From the NCBI RefSeq assembly GCF_009914755.1, contig NC_060937.1: a stretch of DNA of 64,000 nucleotides; one strand, written 5' to 3'. Shown in pieces: positions 14,539 through 29,071 of the stretch (position 1 is the first letter of the stretch; every line of letters starts with the position of its first letter). The DNA comes from the human T2T-CHM13v2.0 reference genome, Homo sapiens. The notes under the pieces are model-generated. The model did not search any database. It was given only the letters and a program-made list of their open reading frames with translations, and was not told the origin of the DNA. The position numbers and the translations under genes are program-made.

Positions 14539-14820
14539 GACTGGGTGTGGTGGCTCCCGCCTGTAATCCTAGCACTTTGGGAGGCCGAGGAGGGTGGATC
14601 ACAGGGTCAGGAGTTCTAGAACAGCCTGGCCAACATGGTGAAACCCCATCTCTACTAAAAATACAAAATCAGCAGGGCGGGCGCCTGTAATCCCAGCTAC
14701 TCGGGAGGCTGAGGCAGGAGAATCACTTGAACCCGGGAGGCGGATGTTTCAGTGAGCCGAGATCACACCACGTACTCCAGCCTCGGTAACAGAGTGAGAC
14801 TCTGTCTCCAAAACAAAACA
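14539..14820 (+). mobile_element. AluS inserted in the L1 3' region
   Basis: Alu dimer with a small internal deletion; L1 sequence continues on both sides. Confidence 0.92.
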
Positions 14821-15608
14821 CCTAAAAACATAGGTGTTGGCAGGACTGTGAAGAAAAGGGAAATTATACGCTGCTGGCGGGAATGTAAATTAGTTCAGGC
14901 ATTGTGGAGAGCAGTCTAGGGATTTCTCAAAGAACTAAGAGTTGAACTACCATTCAACTCAACAATCTCACTGCTAGGTATATGCCCAAAATAAATTGTT
15001 CTACCAAGAAGACACATGCACCTGTATTGATCACTGCAGCACTATTCACAATAGCAAAGGCATGTGCCCATCCATGGTGGATTGGGTAAAGAAAATATAC
15101 AAATACCCCATGGAATACTACATGGCCATAAAAAAAATCAACATAAAGGCCGTTTTCCTAAGCAAATTAATGCAGAAACAGAAAAGCAAATACCACATGT
15201 TCTCATTTATAAATGGGGGCAAAATACTGGATAAACATGTACATAAAGATGGGAACAATAGATATTGGGGAATACAAGGAGAAGGAGGTAGGACAAAGGT
15301 TGAAAATCTACCTATTGGGTGCTATGCTCACTTCTTCGGTGACGGATTCAATCATACTCCAAACCTCTGCATCACACAATATACCTCTGTAACAAACCTG
15401 CACATGTACCCCCAGAATCTAAAATAAACATTGAAAAAGAAAAAAAAAACTGCAGCTCTGCTCTCTAATGTGACTCTAACATACAAGGCTCTTTTGACCT
15501 GTTCTGTTATTTATTATCAGATTTAGAGGACTGCATGGTAGGATTTGGACTCTCTTAAAAGTGGGATAACACCTTTCCCCAAAGCACACAGTATGCCTCG
15601 ATGTATGA

Positions 15609-15965
<357 letters not shown>

Positions 15966-16099
15966 CTTGAGCCTCTTAAGATTTTAAATGTGCTTTTCAT
16001 TTGTTATATTTTGCAAGTCGCAAACCGTAAGCATAAAGAAAGTCCATGACAAACAATACCCAGCACAAGGAAATGAGTTCCATTTCTTTTATTAATAAT

Positions 16100-16420
16100 T
16101 CTGTATGTAAAATATATCGGTATAAGGTCTGTAGATTAGATAATAGCATTTTATCAATGTTAATTTCCTAATTTGGTAATTGCATTGCCAGATAAGAGAA
16201 TGTTATTGTTAGGAATTACTCACTTAAGTATCTACGGTTGGGAGGGCAGCATGTCTCAGAAGGAGGGAAAAGGGCAGGAGGGAGGTAGGGATTGATAAAC
16301 CCAGTGTGATGAAATCAAACATTAAGGGAATCCAGGTGAAAGGAATATAGGACTTCTTTGTATTATTCTGTAGCTTTTCTATATATCTAAAATTACTCCA
16401 AAATCAAAATTACACAAATA
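16100..16420 (+). mobile_element. Ancient L1M 3' end fragment
   Basis: tatcaatgttaatttcct... and tgtattattctgtagcttttct resemble L1ME/L1MC 3' UTR sequence. Confidence 0.5.
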
Positions 16421-16446
16421 TAAACAAGAATTTGAAGATATCTATG

Positions 16447-16831
16447 TGACATGGTTTGGATTTTTGTCCCTGCTCAAATCTCATGTCAAACTATAATCCC
16501 CAGTGTTGGAGGAGGGGCCTGGTGGGAGGTGACTGGATCATGGGGGTGGGCTTCGCCCTTGCTGTTCTTATGATAGTGAGTGACTTGTCACGAGATCTGG
16601 TTGTTTAAAAGTGTGTAACACCTCCCCCTTTCTCTCTCTTCCTCCTGTTCCGGCTAGGTAAGACGTGCCTGGTTCCCCTTTGCTTTCTGCCATGACTGTA
16701 AGTTTCCTGAGGCCTCCCCTGCCATGCTTCCTCCACAGCCTGTGGAACTGTGCACCAATTAAACCTTTTTTCTTTAAAAATTACCCAGTCTCAGGTAGTT
16801 CCTTATAGCAGTGTGAGAACGGACTAATACA
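16447..16831 (+). mobile_element. MaLR solo LTR (MSTA-like)
   Basis: tgacatggtttgg...ccttatagcagtgtgagaacggactaataca; 385 bp. Confidence 0.88.
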
Positions 16832-17753
16832 ATGGGTGTATGTATATGTATAAGTATATACAAAATCAGTGGGGACTTTTACTCTTGTAAGTTTAAGGAG
16901 CAAGAAATCAATAAACATATTGACCATATGATATGCAAAATGAGACACCTGCATAATGGCCATTTTTATTCTGTAATTTTCCTCATGAAAATACTCAATG
17001 ACCCTCTTACACTCCGTGTGGCTCTGTTAAGCACAGCACATGGTGAGGCAGCTCAGTTGGTTCCTGCCCTCTGGCCACATCCCATCTAACACAAAACTTC
17101 ATCCCATTCCTGCCAACCATACCCAACTGAGCAAACAACCTACAAATTGAATCAATTAAATAAAGATGACACACCAGCACGAATCATACAATGTTCCCGT
17201 GAGACAATTCAGGAGATGAATAAGTGTGCAGGACCTGTGTCCAGTGGGGAAGGAACAGAGTGTCATCCATCTTCTCCAGCAGGAGCTGCCCAGAGGATGA
17301 GGGAAACACATCGGGGCACAGAGCCCATTTTCCTCCACAAAATTTCCCCAGCCTGGCAAGGTAAAGTGGTTATATATTCGATGTGGGAAACAATATTTCC
17401 CACTGAAAAAAGGGGTTTTTCCAGCTGATACATTTGAAGGATTTTATACAAGCAAAGCCTGTCTTCCAAAGAGAAAGACTATTTGTGCAATCAAAGTCAT
17501 CCCCAGGCAGCTCCAGCTGTGAGTGCTCCTGGCAAGACAGGAAGGCAGAAGGGATGGGAGGCAGGGATTAGAGGAAAGGGATTAGACCTGAACAGGACAG
17601 AGCCTCTTTTAAATTCAAGCCTTGTCAAAAGCCAGTGCATCACCCCTCTGTTTCTGCATCCTTTTGATTTTATCCTTGTCACTTCTGCCACCCAGAGCAT
17701 CATAGCATCACAGACTTTAGAGACAGAGGGACCTAGGAGAAGGATCATTTAGG

Positions 17754-17916
17754 TCATGGGTTGGCAACCTTATTCTGAAAGAAGCCAGATAGTAAATATT
17801 GTAGTTCAAAAGCAACCACGGTCACCAAATAAACACATGAGCATGGCAGTGTTCCCATAAAATTTTATTTACAAAAACATGCAAACTAGATTTGGCCCAT
17901 AGTTTGCCAACCCCTG
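17754..17916. mobile_element. MER58-like hAT-Charlie MITE
   Basis: Terminal inverted repeats catgggttggcaac / tttgccaacccctg. Confidence 0.7.
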
Positions 17917-18249
17917 ATGTAAGCCATCTCCCGTACTTTCCCAATGAGAACACTGCTCCCCAGGACACCGACAGGGCTTTCCCATGTCTCTTGAATGTGT
18001 TCTCTTCAGTAGCTGAGTCCTATTCTTTGTTTATAATTTGTAATTTCCTGGCTCCCAGTCTAAAGCAGGCCGGTGATGCTGGGTTACTCTAATCTAAAAA
18101 TGCAGTCCTGACTCTTTGGGTACTTGCACCACATAATTACCTGCCTGCTCTTTTAATTTCACACACCCAGAACAAAAAGCTATAAAGTTATGGGAAAAAA
18201 ACAAATTTTTCATCAATAAACCAGGCCGTTGGGATATATATACACATTG

Positions 18250-18455
18250 GGACATATATTGCTTAACAATGGAGATACACTCTGCTAATGCATTATTAGG
18301 TGATTTTGTCATTGTGCAAACATCATAGAGTATACTTACACAAACGTAGATGTATAGCCTACTCCATTACATAGCTCCATCCTCATCTGGTGGGTCCACC
18401 ATCACACATGCGATCCATCATTGACTGAAACATCATTATGTAGTGCGTGACTGTA
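18250..18455. mobile_element. Tigger3/MER7-like DNA transposon derivative
   Basis: gcttaacaatggagatacactctg...ttaggtgattttgtcattgtgcaaacatcatagag...gtgactgta. Confidence 0.7.
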
Positions 18456-18989
18456 CTTCATGTCAATATAAGTAAACTACTTGTGGAAATGAGATCGTTA
18501 GAAAACAAAAGGGGCAGGGTTATGTGGCAGGGAAGAGAGTAGAGATGGGCCAATCAGAGAAACCGGCCCTGGAAGATCTGAGAACTAGATGTCCAGGTGA
18601 TGTTGCTGGGTATGGCTGCACAGGAACAAACTCTCTGCACTTCCCCTCTTATCTAGAGTCCTGTGGGGTTTCCCTTTCATACCACACCAAACCTAATTAT
18701 TTTTCCTTCCATCAGATCCATCCAGGGTCCTTCCTCCTAAATTCCACTGAGTCAAGGCCCTGTGTCACCCCATCCTGAAATCCCAGTAGGAAGCACATGC
18801 CATGGAAAGGGTGGCAGATGCTCTGCCTATTTAGCATTCCCCCAATGCAGAGAAATGGCAAAAGAAACAGAAATACTCTGGCTTCTCCAGAAACATAACC
18901 ACATTTCAGCAGGACGAGTGGAGCGGCTTCTGAATTCTTATGATCACACCAATCAAATGGACCTCTGTTCTGTGGCCCGGTGGATAGTT

Positions 18990-19119
18990 TTCTTTCTTTT
19001 CTTTTCTTTTTTTTTAATTAACTGTAAAAGTTCTGGGATACACGTGCAGAACATGCGGATTTGTTGCATAGGTATACATGTGCCATGGTGGTTTGCTGCA
19101 CCCTTCAACCCCCCACCCA
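18990..19119 (-). mobile_element. Very short 5'-truncated L1PA 3' end
   Basis: T-rich tail followed by gttctgggatacacgtgcagaac...ggtggtttgctgcaccc. Candidate TSD ATAGTTTT at 18984 and 19120. Confidence 0.8.
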
Positions 19120-20911
19120 ATAGTTTTCTTAACATACACATTTGTGCCACTTACACACAAAAAATGGTTTACCCTTTGTCTTGTCTGGCCAGCTGAGTAT
19201 CTGCTAGCACAGCTGCTATCAATCCTTGCTTCTTAGCACTGAATCCATCCTAAAAGTTTCCTTAGAGATGATGTACTGTTAAGATGATAAAGCAAACATG
19301 TTGGCTCAATGTATAGTGGTGGCCTTTGTGTTCACACTGTGAACTGACACAGAATCTGATCTCCAGGTGGGGGTGGCTAAGATAACCAATCAGGCTTTAT
19401 TTAGTGTATGGTGATAAAGATTATCCTTCAGTTTCTGTCTGTAGCTGCTATTTATAAAGGCTGGAAATACCTGAAATCCAGCTCCTCTGACTCATGGACT
19501 GCCCAGAAGACAGTGTGAAAAGAACCAGTCTGTCTCTAATTACTGCTCCTCCATGTGAACTATGGCTGCAGCCATTTTCCTATAAAACCCATGTGAAGAG
19601 GTGCTGCATTTCCTCGTGATGTTATTAATCTGCCCTCCCTGTCTGTACCGGTCATACTACCACTGGCCACCAAGCAGTCTCTGAATATACTCTCTAGGTA
19701 TCCGGTTACATACCTAGAGAACCGGAACGGAACTGCAGCAAGCACTGCTTTGATGTTTGTTAGCTGCCCTCAATCTAAAAGGTTTTCCTTGATGATCCCT
19801 TTTTGCTTGTACAGTAGCTCTTGGGAACGAACCTCATTCAATTTGGGCAAGCATAGCCTTGAGACTCTTTTTGGTAAATTACAATCTGTTGAAAAAGTGC
19901 AAGACGTGGTAAGATACTCTTCCACAATCTCATTTCCAACTTATAATGAAAGCAAGTCTCGGAACAAATCCTCCTACACATACAGACACTTATTCAACAA
20001 ATAGCCATCAAAAAGCAGGCACAAAACATCAAACTGACCTGGGAGCTAGTTAAGTCCTAGCTCTCTTTTTAGGTATTTGGACGACCAACTTCTTGAATAA
20101 ACTGCTAGGGAAAATGCAGCAAGGTTCCATGGCAGGATTCTGTTCTCTTTGGCAACAAAAAACCAGAAATCTTCCAAACCAGAGACTAGAAACTGAACAC
20201 TTTAGGGATGATCAAGCCGTGGATACCATTCCTAAGAATAGTGAGGGCACAGATGGAATGCATCAGTAAGGCTGTACTGGGTATCAAAATACTAAAATAT
20301 GTACCTCTGTCTGTAGGTAAACAGCCACTGCCCCAAGTTCCCCCAAAACCCTTTCTTCCCTTGAAAACCCTAGGGAATCCTTGCCTCACATCCCAGAAAC
20401 CAAAGGGCTAGTGCCTGGCAAAGGAGGGCCCCATGGGAGCCTCTGCACATGGCCAGTACTTGTTTTAGCTCACATTTTTCATAGCCTATGACATATTGAT
20501 TATTAAATATTTTGAATATCACTCAGACTTAGAGTGATAACACTATGACTGGATGGATGCTTAAATCCTTGCAAGCAAAAATAGGGAGTGTCTCTAACTA
20601 CTTATGTGGATTCTACCAATCCACAATCTTGAGTATTTTTAATTTCACCAATGAAAGTCCATTTTTAATATTCATCATGCTATTTAATAAGATCTAATTC
20701 TACCAATAAAAGTCCATTTTGATCATTGCTGTGCTAATTAGTAAAGCTTCCAGTGTTAGTCAAGATATGAATAACAGAACCACTTGTACTAGCACCCATG
20801 AGTATCCAGTCCGGAATATGCACTCGAGTTGTGGTTTCCCTTAAATAATACCCATATATCACTGTCTATGATGAAGTATTTTTCAAGGAACTATAGGCAT
20901 TGTAACAGTAG

Positions 20912-21407
20912 TCTTAAGAACTGTGAAGGTTTGATATTTTACTCTATTTGCAATGTAACAAGTTATACTATCACAATTTTGTGGACGCTGGCAAAAGATA
21001 GGAGACTCCTGGATCAGAGACAAAGGACTGTATTACTCACAGCACAGCAGGCAGCGTGAGCTCCATGTTTATGTCCACTCCCTTTGTTGCCCTCTCCTCA
21101 CAGGGGCTGATGTGAAACAGCCCAGATGAATGCAACAAACATAGTGGGTTTGTGTCACAGTTGAGGAACCCAAACTAAGGGAACTCAAATCTTTTATAAT
21201 GGACTGCAATAAAATCTGCCCAATCTTTATTTACCCCAGAGAAAGGCATTATTTTTATTATAATGGACACTAAACACACCTATCCTCTGCTCTACTTCCA
21301 AGACTGTTTACTACACAAACATCTTCGAAATGATAGTTCAGAATAGAGTGTCTGTGCTGACAAGTTGTGCTAACACACAAGAGATCTGTGAAGAACAATC
21401 TCCAACA
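20912..21407 (-). mobile_element. Solo ERVL LTR (LTR40-like)
   Basis: The reverse complement resembles the recalled LTR40 consensus (tgttggaga...gtcctttgtctctga...cacagttctt). Confidence 0.7.
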
Positions 21408-21514
21408 GCGGCACTAATGAAACTGGCTAAGATCCTAAGTGGAAGCATATTCAATTCACTAGGAAGGCTGAACACTCATTTTCACAGATGTGATTTTGAA
21501 TTAGAACTGGTGCA

Positions 21515-21735
21515 TGGCATGGATATAAACATGGGAACCACAGACACAGGGGATCACTAGAGTGAGGCAAAACAGAGAGGGGTAAGGGCTGAAAAACTAC
21601 CTATGGGGTACTATGTTCCCTACCTGGATGATGGTATCATTTGTACCCCAAACCCCAGTGTTACACAATATATCCATGTAACAATCCTGAACATGTATCC
21701 CCTGAATCTAAAATAAAATTTGAAATAATAAAAAA
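21515..21735 (+). mobile_element. L1PA15/16-like 3' end fragment
   Basis: gaaaaactacctatggggtactatg...ccctgaatctaaaataaaa. Confidence 0.8.
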
Positions 21736-22393
21736 GACAAAAATGGCTTAAAAAATAAAAATACAAAGGAACTATTGTATGGTAGCATTTATTTGCATAA
21801 CACTTCTTGTAAGCAGAGGTGCGTTTCTGTATAATATCCCTTAACAAATACTTTCGTAGATAATGAAATCAAGTCAAAGGGGTTCAACTGTGTTCTAGCT
21901 TTCTGGAGGAATTTGAGGATTGTTGGGAGGTGAGGTCTAGAGTTCAGATCTCTAAGCTTTCCCATGTAAGACTTCCAAATGTTGTTTACTATATAGGTTC
22001 TAAGTCTTCAGGTGTCAGGAATCCATTTGAATAATAACAAAAGCTATGAATATTCTCTCCAGAAAAAAGCACATGTCCAAAAGCCTATGAAAATTGCAAA
22101 GCATTTCAGTAGATTCTGAATTTCTCTGAAGCCTACTGATGGACTATGAGCCACTTAAACGGTCTGGAGACCTTAAGTTAAAATCAGTCTGAAGATCAAA
22201 GGTTACCATAACATTTAACTCTTCTACCAGTGTCATCAAAACATCCAGTTGCTAACCCAAAGTAGCTTACTTAGCCAGATATCAATTAAGTATTAATAAC
22301 ATCTCCACCTATCCAAAACATGACCCCAAATCAGGAGGTTAAAAACTACTAGCCAGAACATATAAACATCAATGCTTCAAAGATGTAAAATCC

Positions 22394-22971
<578 letters not shown>

Positions 22972-23918
22972 TCAGAAAAAAGGACTGAAGATTGTTCCTT
23001 CATAGCATGATTTTAAAATGATTTATGATCTTTAGAAAGGGCACAAATTAGAAGTGAGAGAATAAAAAGAGACAGGCATCATTAATGACTGCAATGAATA
23101 ATCAATAACTGTGACATAAAACAATTGCAATGCAACAACAAAACCAGAAAGAACAAAAAAATTATTTCAGTCTTGATTTCTTAGTACAATGGCAACAGCA
23201 TTCTATAAATGTCCACAGGTCTCAGGAATGACTATTTGACAACAGAGCCACTAATGATAAAAAGGGGCTTCTTTCTGTTTTATATTTTATATATTCTGGC
23301 TGAAATGATGGGAAAGAATATAATGGTTGAGAACACATAATACAAAAAATAATTAGAATGAAACAGCTCAATTTCCTAAATGTCCTTAAGTACTTTACAT
23401 CTGAAAAGGCAAACTCAGGTACGTCTTTTTTTTTTTAAACTAATAAAAGGACAACACTGTAAAAAAAAAAAAAAGAAGAATCTTTAAAAGAGAGACTAGC
23501 ATATTCTCCCCAATAGTTTTGTAACCATATCTCAAGAAATCTTATTTCCCACAGGTTTTCTAAGAGATTTCCTTTTTCCCACAATTGCTTGAATTTCCCT
23601 GCTATAAATCTCTGCAAGCCACTGAATGAAGCTTTACAAAGGCATAAATAAAAGAGTAGGAATGATCCACACTGAAATAACCAAGCCAAAATAGACTTGA
23701 GAAAAAAAGAATGTAGAGCAATTTTTTTTCCACCTAACAGGGTATCTGGTTCTTTAAATGATTACCCTGACTTGGTTTTTAAATTTTTTTCTGGGAGGTG
23801 GTTAGGCCATTAGTCCCTTAAAAAGTGATGCCATGATTCTTGGTAGGATATCAGTGGCCAAATATATACAGAAACATGATGGCAGCTGCTGTTTCTGTGA
23901 TCAAAAATTCATAGTAGG

Positions 23919-24035
23919 TTTCCTTCCTTCCTTCCTTCCTTCCTTCCTTCCTTCCCTCCCTCCCTCCTTCCTTCCTTCCTTCCTTCCTTCCTCCCTCCCT
24001 CTCTCCCTCCCTTCCTTCCCCCTTTCCTTTCCTCT
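23919..24035. repeat. (CCTT)n/(CCCT)n polypyrimidine microsatellite
   Basis: Read directly from the sequence. Confidence 0.95.
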
Positions 24036-26169
24036 CATTCTCCCTCCTAATTTTTTAACCACTCAATAGATGGCAGATATATGGCATGCCAGTAAGAATT
24101 ATGTCTATCTTCTTCACAATTTTGTTTGTGGCACAACTTTTGTTGCCTAGAATGTGCTTAATAAATATTTGCTTGAGGAAGTAAGTGAATCTATTGAACA
24201 CCAAACACCAAGCTAGGCACTGAAGTTGAAAAATCCTATCCCACAGGTTCATCTGGGATCTGCAAAACTGTGTTTAGGGAAACAGATCAAATTGAATCTA
24301 TGATTGTACAGAGTGGGGTCCTTTTTCCCAAAGCAGGACAAGAGGTGTTTACTAAGTTATAAAATAGAAATGTTCTGGCTCTGATTTTGAAAACGTGGAA
24401 CCTACTGGAATGGGCAGGTTGAATGAACATCCCTGAAAAAATGTGGCATTCTCCCTACTTCTAGAGTAAAGGCAGAAAACTCTTCATCTGATGGAAAGAG
24501 GCCCCTAAGAAAGGCTGAGTGACCAGAAAAGCTTATTATTGTTGCCTTGCGGGTGCCTGAACACTTTGCTCAGTCATGTCATCACTGGCCAGGGTGGGCT
24601 CCCTTGGACGCGGAAGTTTCCCTGCATCATTTGGAGCCAAGTTCCTGAGTGCCCCCATGGGTTCCTATACAATTTGGGTCTTTGTTGAATTCACAGCAGC
24701 TGCTTGGCTTTCCTGTGATTCTGTGCTAGAGCTCTGGGTGAGGAAATCCAGGCTCATGCTGGACCTTCTAAATGACTTCCAGTGACTTGGATTTAAGTGT
24801 CAAAAGTTTAGAAAATATTCAGTTAATAGTCATTTGGGAGGTAGGACATCATTGCTGCATTAACGGCCTTAAATTTGCCTACATTTCAATGCATGTTCAA
24901 TACCTTACTATTAACCAACCTCCCAAATAGCAATCTCAAAATGGAATAATCCATTTACTCTAAGCAATGACCAGTGCATCAAGTGTTAGGAGTCTCTTCC
25001 TGAGCTGAGTGACAGACACTTTAACTGCCGCTCTCTGCAAACACTTGCTGCTTGAGTCAGGAGAACCCTGCTCTGGCACACAACGCAGATGCCTGCAGAA
25101 ACTGCACAGAGCTGCCTGGCCTGCCTGAGCATGAAGCAACCCGAAAAGTCCACAGGAGTCATAGGAGCTTTCTAACTTCTGGACAAAATGAAGCGAGTCA
25201 TATTGAATGTCACAGAGACCAATAGCAGGTTCTCTTGCTTGAGAAGCATCCACTAACACCAAGAGCTCAAAATTTTTTTAAAAAATTATACTTTTGTTTG
25301 CATTTTTACCCAGCTGACCTAGCCAGAAATTGCAAACAGATTTTTCTCAAGTATGATTAGATTTGAGAGGCAAGACGGCATGAGTCAGGAGTCAAAGAGC
25401 TAAAGGATATGTGTCTAAAGAGATGTGGGACAGTCAGTGTTCAGATTAGAGTAGAAGAGATTTCTTCCTTTGATTGAAAATTGGAAGAAACAGACTCTCA
25501 TCTTTATCAACACTGGGAGGCTCTGAGTTTCCAGTTTACGGCACTGCTCTTAAGAAGCCACCAGCATAATTTCAAGAACAGGAACCATGATGGCTTCTTA
25601 ATCAAATTAAATAGCAAAATGAAAGCAATAATTACTCAAATTTACTTGGCAAAATAGCGAGACAAATTAATTGAAACACTACTTTTGATCACAAGGATAT
25701 AATTAGAAAAGTCTTTGGTGGATGAGAATATCTCTGAGGCATGAATTAAATCAATTGGATAACCTGATTATAAAGCCCTTATGCTTAATGGGTAAACCCA
25801 AACTTACTGTTGCGGAATGTAAAAGGAAGAATAAAGATTGATCAGCCAATATGCATTTAAATGGTCCTGTCCAACTGCAAACATTACTGGGCTTTTATTA
25901 TGTGCCAGATGCTGTGACACTATGTATTCTTATCATTTATACTGTTTTATTCTCTCAAAAAGCAATAAATAAAAATCAGCATTATTAACACCTGCCACGA
26001 CTGTCCCTCTGTCCACAACCACAGGCTACACTGATGATAGGACCACAGACAGTGAAGTCTGACAAAAGAAAGAAAAGACTAAAATGCCTTTTCTCCTTTT
26101 TATCTCATCTTCCTCTTACAAATCCCACTACTTCTCAGTAAAATCAAATCTTATAAAACTCTAAGTGCA

Positions 26170-26705
26170 TCTAAGCTGAACCATAAGAAGCACGTGGCAT
26201 TCCCTGGCAGCCATTATCCCTTTGAGCGGACACATGACAAAGCTGGCCCAATTAGAGTGAGGAGAGAGACTCTGATTCCATTTCTGGGGAGAAGCTTGTC
26301 CTCTCCTTTTGGCATGAACAAGGATGTTTAAAGCCACAAGTGCCAAACGCTCTTACAACCATGGGGAGAACTAACGTCAAAATGAAGCCAGCCTACAGAT
26401 GGCGGATGGTTACAGCCAGTCTACAGACAGTTCTTCCTGAACATGGGCCCTGGAAAACATCTTTGAGCTCCTGAGTCAGTCAAGTCTGTAGCTGACCTTA
26501 GCTCCTGCCTTGCTATAATAAGAGATCTCACACGTTCTTCCTGAACATGGGCCCTGGAAAACATCTTTGAGCTCCTGAGTCAGTCAAGTCTGTAGCTGAC
26601 CTTAGCTCCTGCCTTGCTATAATAAGAGATCTCACACGTCTTCTTTGTTTTGGCCTGTTTGAGCCAGACTTGTATAACCTAAACCTAAAGCATCCTAGTC
26701 TATAC
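26170..26705 (+). mobile_element. Old MLT1-like MaLR LTR containing a 104-bp tandem duplication
   Basis: MLT1-like features (ggccaattagagt, tttgagctcctga, 3' aacctaaagcatcctagtctataca); diverged. Confidence 0.55.
26431..26638. repeat. Perfect 2 x 104-bp tandem duplication
   Basis: 26431-26534 is identical to 26535-26638. Confidence 0.97.
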
Positions 26706-28092
26706 AAAACATAATGAATGTTTGTTAAGCAAGGCAAGTACAAAACAAAAATACTTTTCTATACAACTAAGGACGATTTTTTTCAAAGTATGCTCACTGA
26801 CCACTTACACCTAAATCACACTGGATACTTGTTTAAACCGCAAAAGAAAGAATTATGCAGCCTGTCTGAATTCTTGTTTCTCTGTTTAAAAAAATGTGTG
26901 GATTCACACCTACTCCTTGCTTCTTCATAAATTAGCGTGATCCAAAAGTAAGCAGAGTAACAGACTTTGATTTGTGAAAGTGAATACTTTTGCAAGATTG
27001 CTTCAGAGCGCTGCACTTAATAAAATATAAAAATGCTTGAGAATCAATCGGATTATAAGATTGTTTTTAAGGCATATAAAAAAGTTCTCTCCAATTCTCC
27101 TTTCTAAGGAAAAGAGGTATTTTTTAAAGTAGGTTCTTTCAGATTCCTACACATTATACTACAACTACAAATGTGAGGTTTTTATGAAATCCTTCTTGCC
27201 TAACTATTACTTATATTTTTGAACTCAGTTTAAATGTTCTGACCTTGGGAGGCTCTTCAAGTATTATTTTGTACCATGGCTGATACTTGGAATTAAAACC
27301 TGTCCAAACAGGGAAGCAGTACATAAAGTAGCCTCCTTCCTGACTTTTCCTCCTGCCCTCTCTGCAACCTATCTCTCCATGTCACCCCAGACCACATGCA
27401 GACTCAAACCCTTTACCTACCTAAAGCCTACAAGGGCTGAGAGCTCCGCCTGTATAATACTTCCTGAGGAAGCTCACAGGTGAGGTTAGGTCCCCTTGAA
27501 ATATGAGATAGCAACTAAATACAAGTCAGGCTACTTTCATTTGCGAGAGTAAACAGGCCTCAAACATCACCCAATATGGAAACAAATTACTGTGTTTTTT
27601 GTTTCCATAAAACACAGGCTGGACGTTCCTAGGGAAGGCCAGCTTCAGGGATGACTGCTCCACAGACTGGTTTCTCTGCCCACTCCTCTGCAGGCTGCTT
27701 ACTCCTGCAGGTCCCCATGGTCAGAGGGGGCTGTCAGAGGGGGTGAGCCAGGAATGTGTGGCCTCTCCCTTAGGCATAGGATCCCTTCTTCCCCAAGATG
27801 CCTCTAGACTCACTGGTCCAAATGAGGCTACGCGTTCCCATTCTATGTCAGTGTTAGCAGTGGGCTGACAAAGGCTGAGGTACAGTGCTTGCCACCTTCC
27901 TTCCCACTGCCACTCAACAAGAAAATTGTAGTATTTATACAGCGTACTAGGGTAATTGGATGGGGCTGCTCAGTGCAGTCTTCAACTATCCTGGGTCCTG
28001 ACCAGCTGCCTTGAGAGCCGCAGGGATCAATAAATGAGCACAGCTGAAATGTAACCATTTCTGGCACACCAGAGGTATTCTTTGCTTGAGAT

Positions 28093-29071
28093 CAGGGATT
28101 GTCAAACTATGGCTCCACTGCTTGCTTTTGTAAATAAAGTTTAATTGGCAAGCAGCTAACAAACATGAGAAAATGTTCAACATCACTAATTATCAAAGAA
28201 ATGGAAAACCACAATGAGAGATACCCTTTCACACCAGTCAGAATGGCTATTATTAAAAAGTCAGAAAACAACAGATGCTGGCGAGGCTATGGAGAAAAAT
28301 GAATGCTTATACACTGTTGGTGGGAATGTAAATTAGTTCAGCCACTGTGGAAAGCAGTTTGGAGATTTCTCAAAGAACTTAATAAAGGACTACCATTCAA
28401 CCCAGCAATCCCATTACTGGATATATATACAAAAGAAAATAAATCATTCTACCAAAAAGATTCATGTACCCCACATGTTCATCAAAGTACTCTTCACAAT
28501 AGCAAGGACATGGAATTAACCTAGGTATCCATCAATGGTGGATTGGATAAAGAAAATGTAGTATTCCACACCATGGAATACTACACAGCCATAAAAAGGA
28601 ATGAAATAATGTCCTTTGCAGCAACATGGATACAACTGGAAGCCATTATCCTAAGGAGTAAATACAAAAACAGAAAACCAAATATTGCATGTTCTCATTT
28701 ATATTAATAAGTGGGAGCTAAACACTAAGTACTCATGGACATATATGTGGCCAACAATAGACACTGGGGACTACTATGAGGGGAGGGACGGAGGGGGCAA
28801 GGGTTGAAAACTAACTCTTGGGCATTATGCTCATTAGCTGGGTGATTAGATCAATCATACCCCAAATCTCCGCATCAAGCAATACACTCATGTAATAAAC
28901 TTGCACATGTACCCACTGAATCTAAAATAAAAGTTGAAATTATAAAAAAAAAAAAGTTCTATTGGGGCCATCTATCTTTTCTGCAGAGTTAAGTAGCTGC
29001 AATAGAGACCATATAACTCACAAAGCTGAAGATATTATCTGACCCTTTATAGAAGTGTTTGCCAACCTCTG
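28093..29071. mobile_element. MER58-like MITE split by an L1 insertion
   Basis: cagggattgtcaaact at the left end and tgtttgccaacctctg at the right end; the halves are 28093-28148 and 28953-29071. Confidence 0.75.
28149..28955 (+). mobile_element. 5'-truncated L1PA16/17-like element
   Basis: ORF2 C-terminus (HCWWECKLVQPLWKAVWRFLKEL), 3' UTR and A tail. Degenerate TSD AAAGTTTAATTGG / AAAGTTCTATTGG. Confidence 0.9.

Noticed and set aside
26431-26638. CRISPR-like or other array interpretation of the direct repeats (also 8463-8602)
   Set aside because: The copies are adjacent with no spacers, there are no cas genes, and the context is a human intron.
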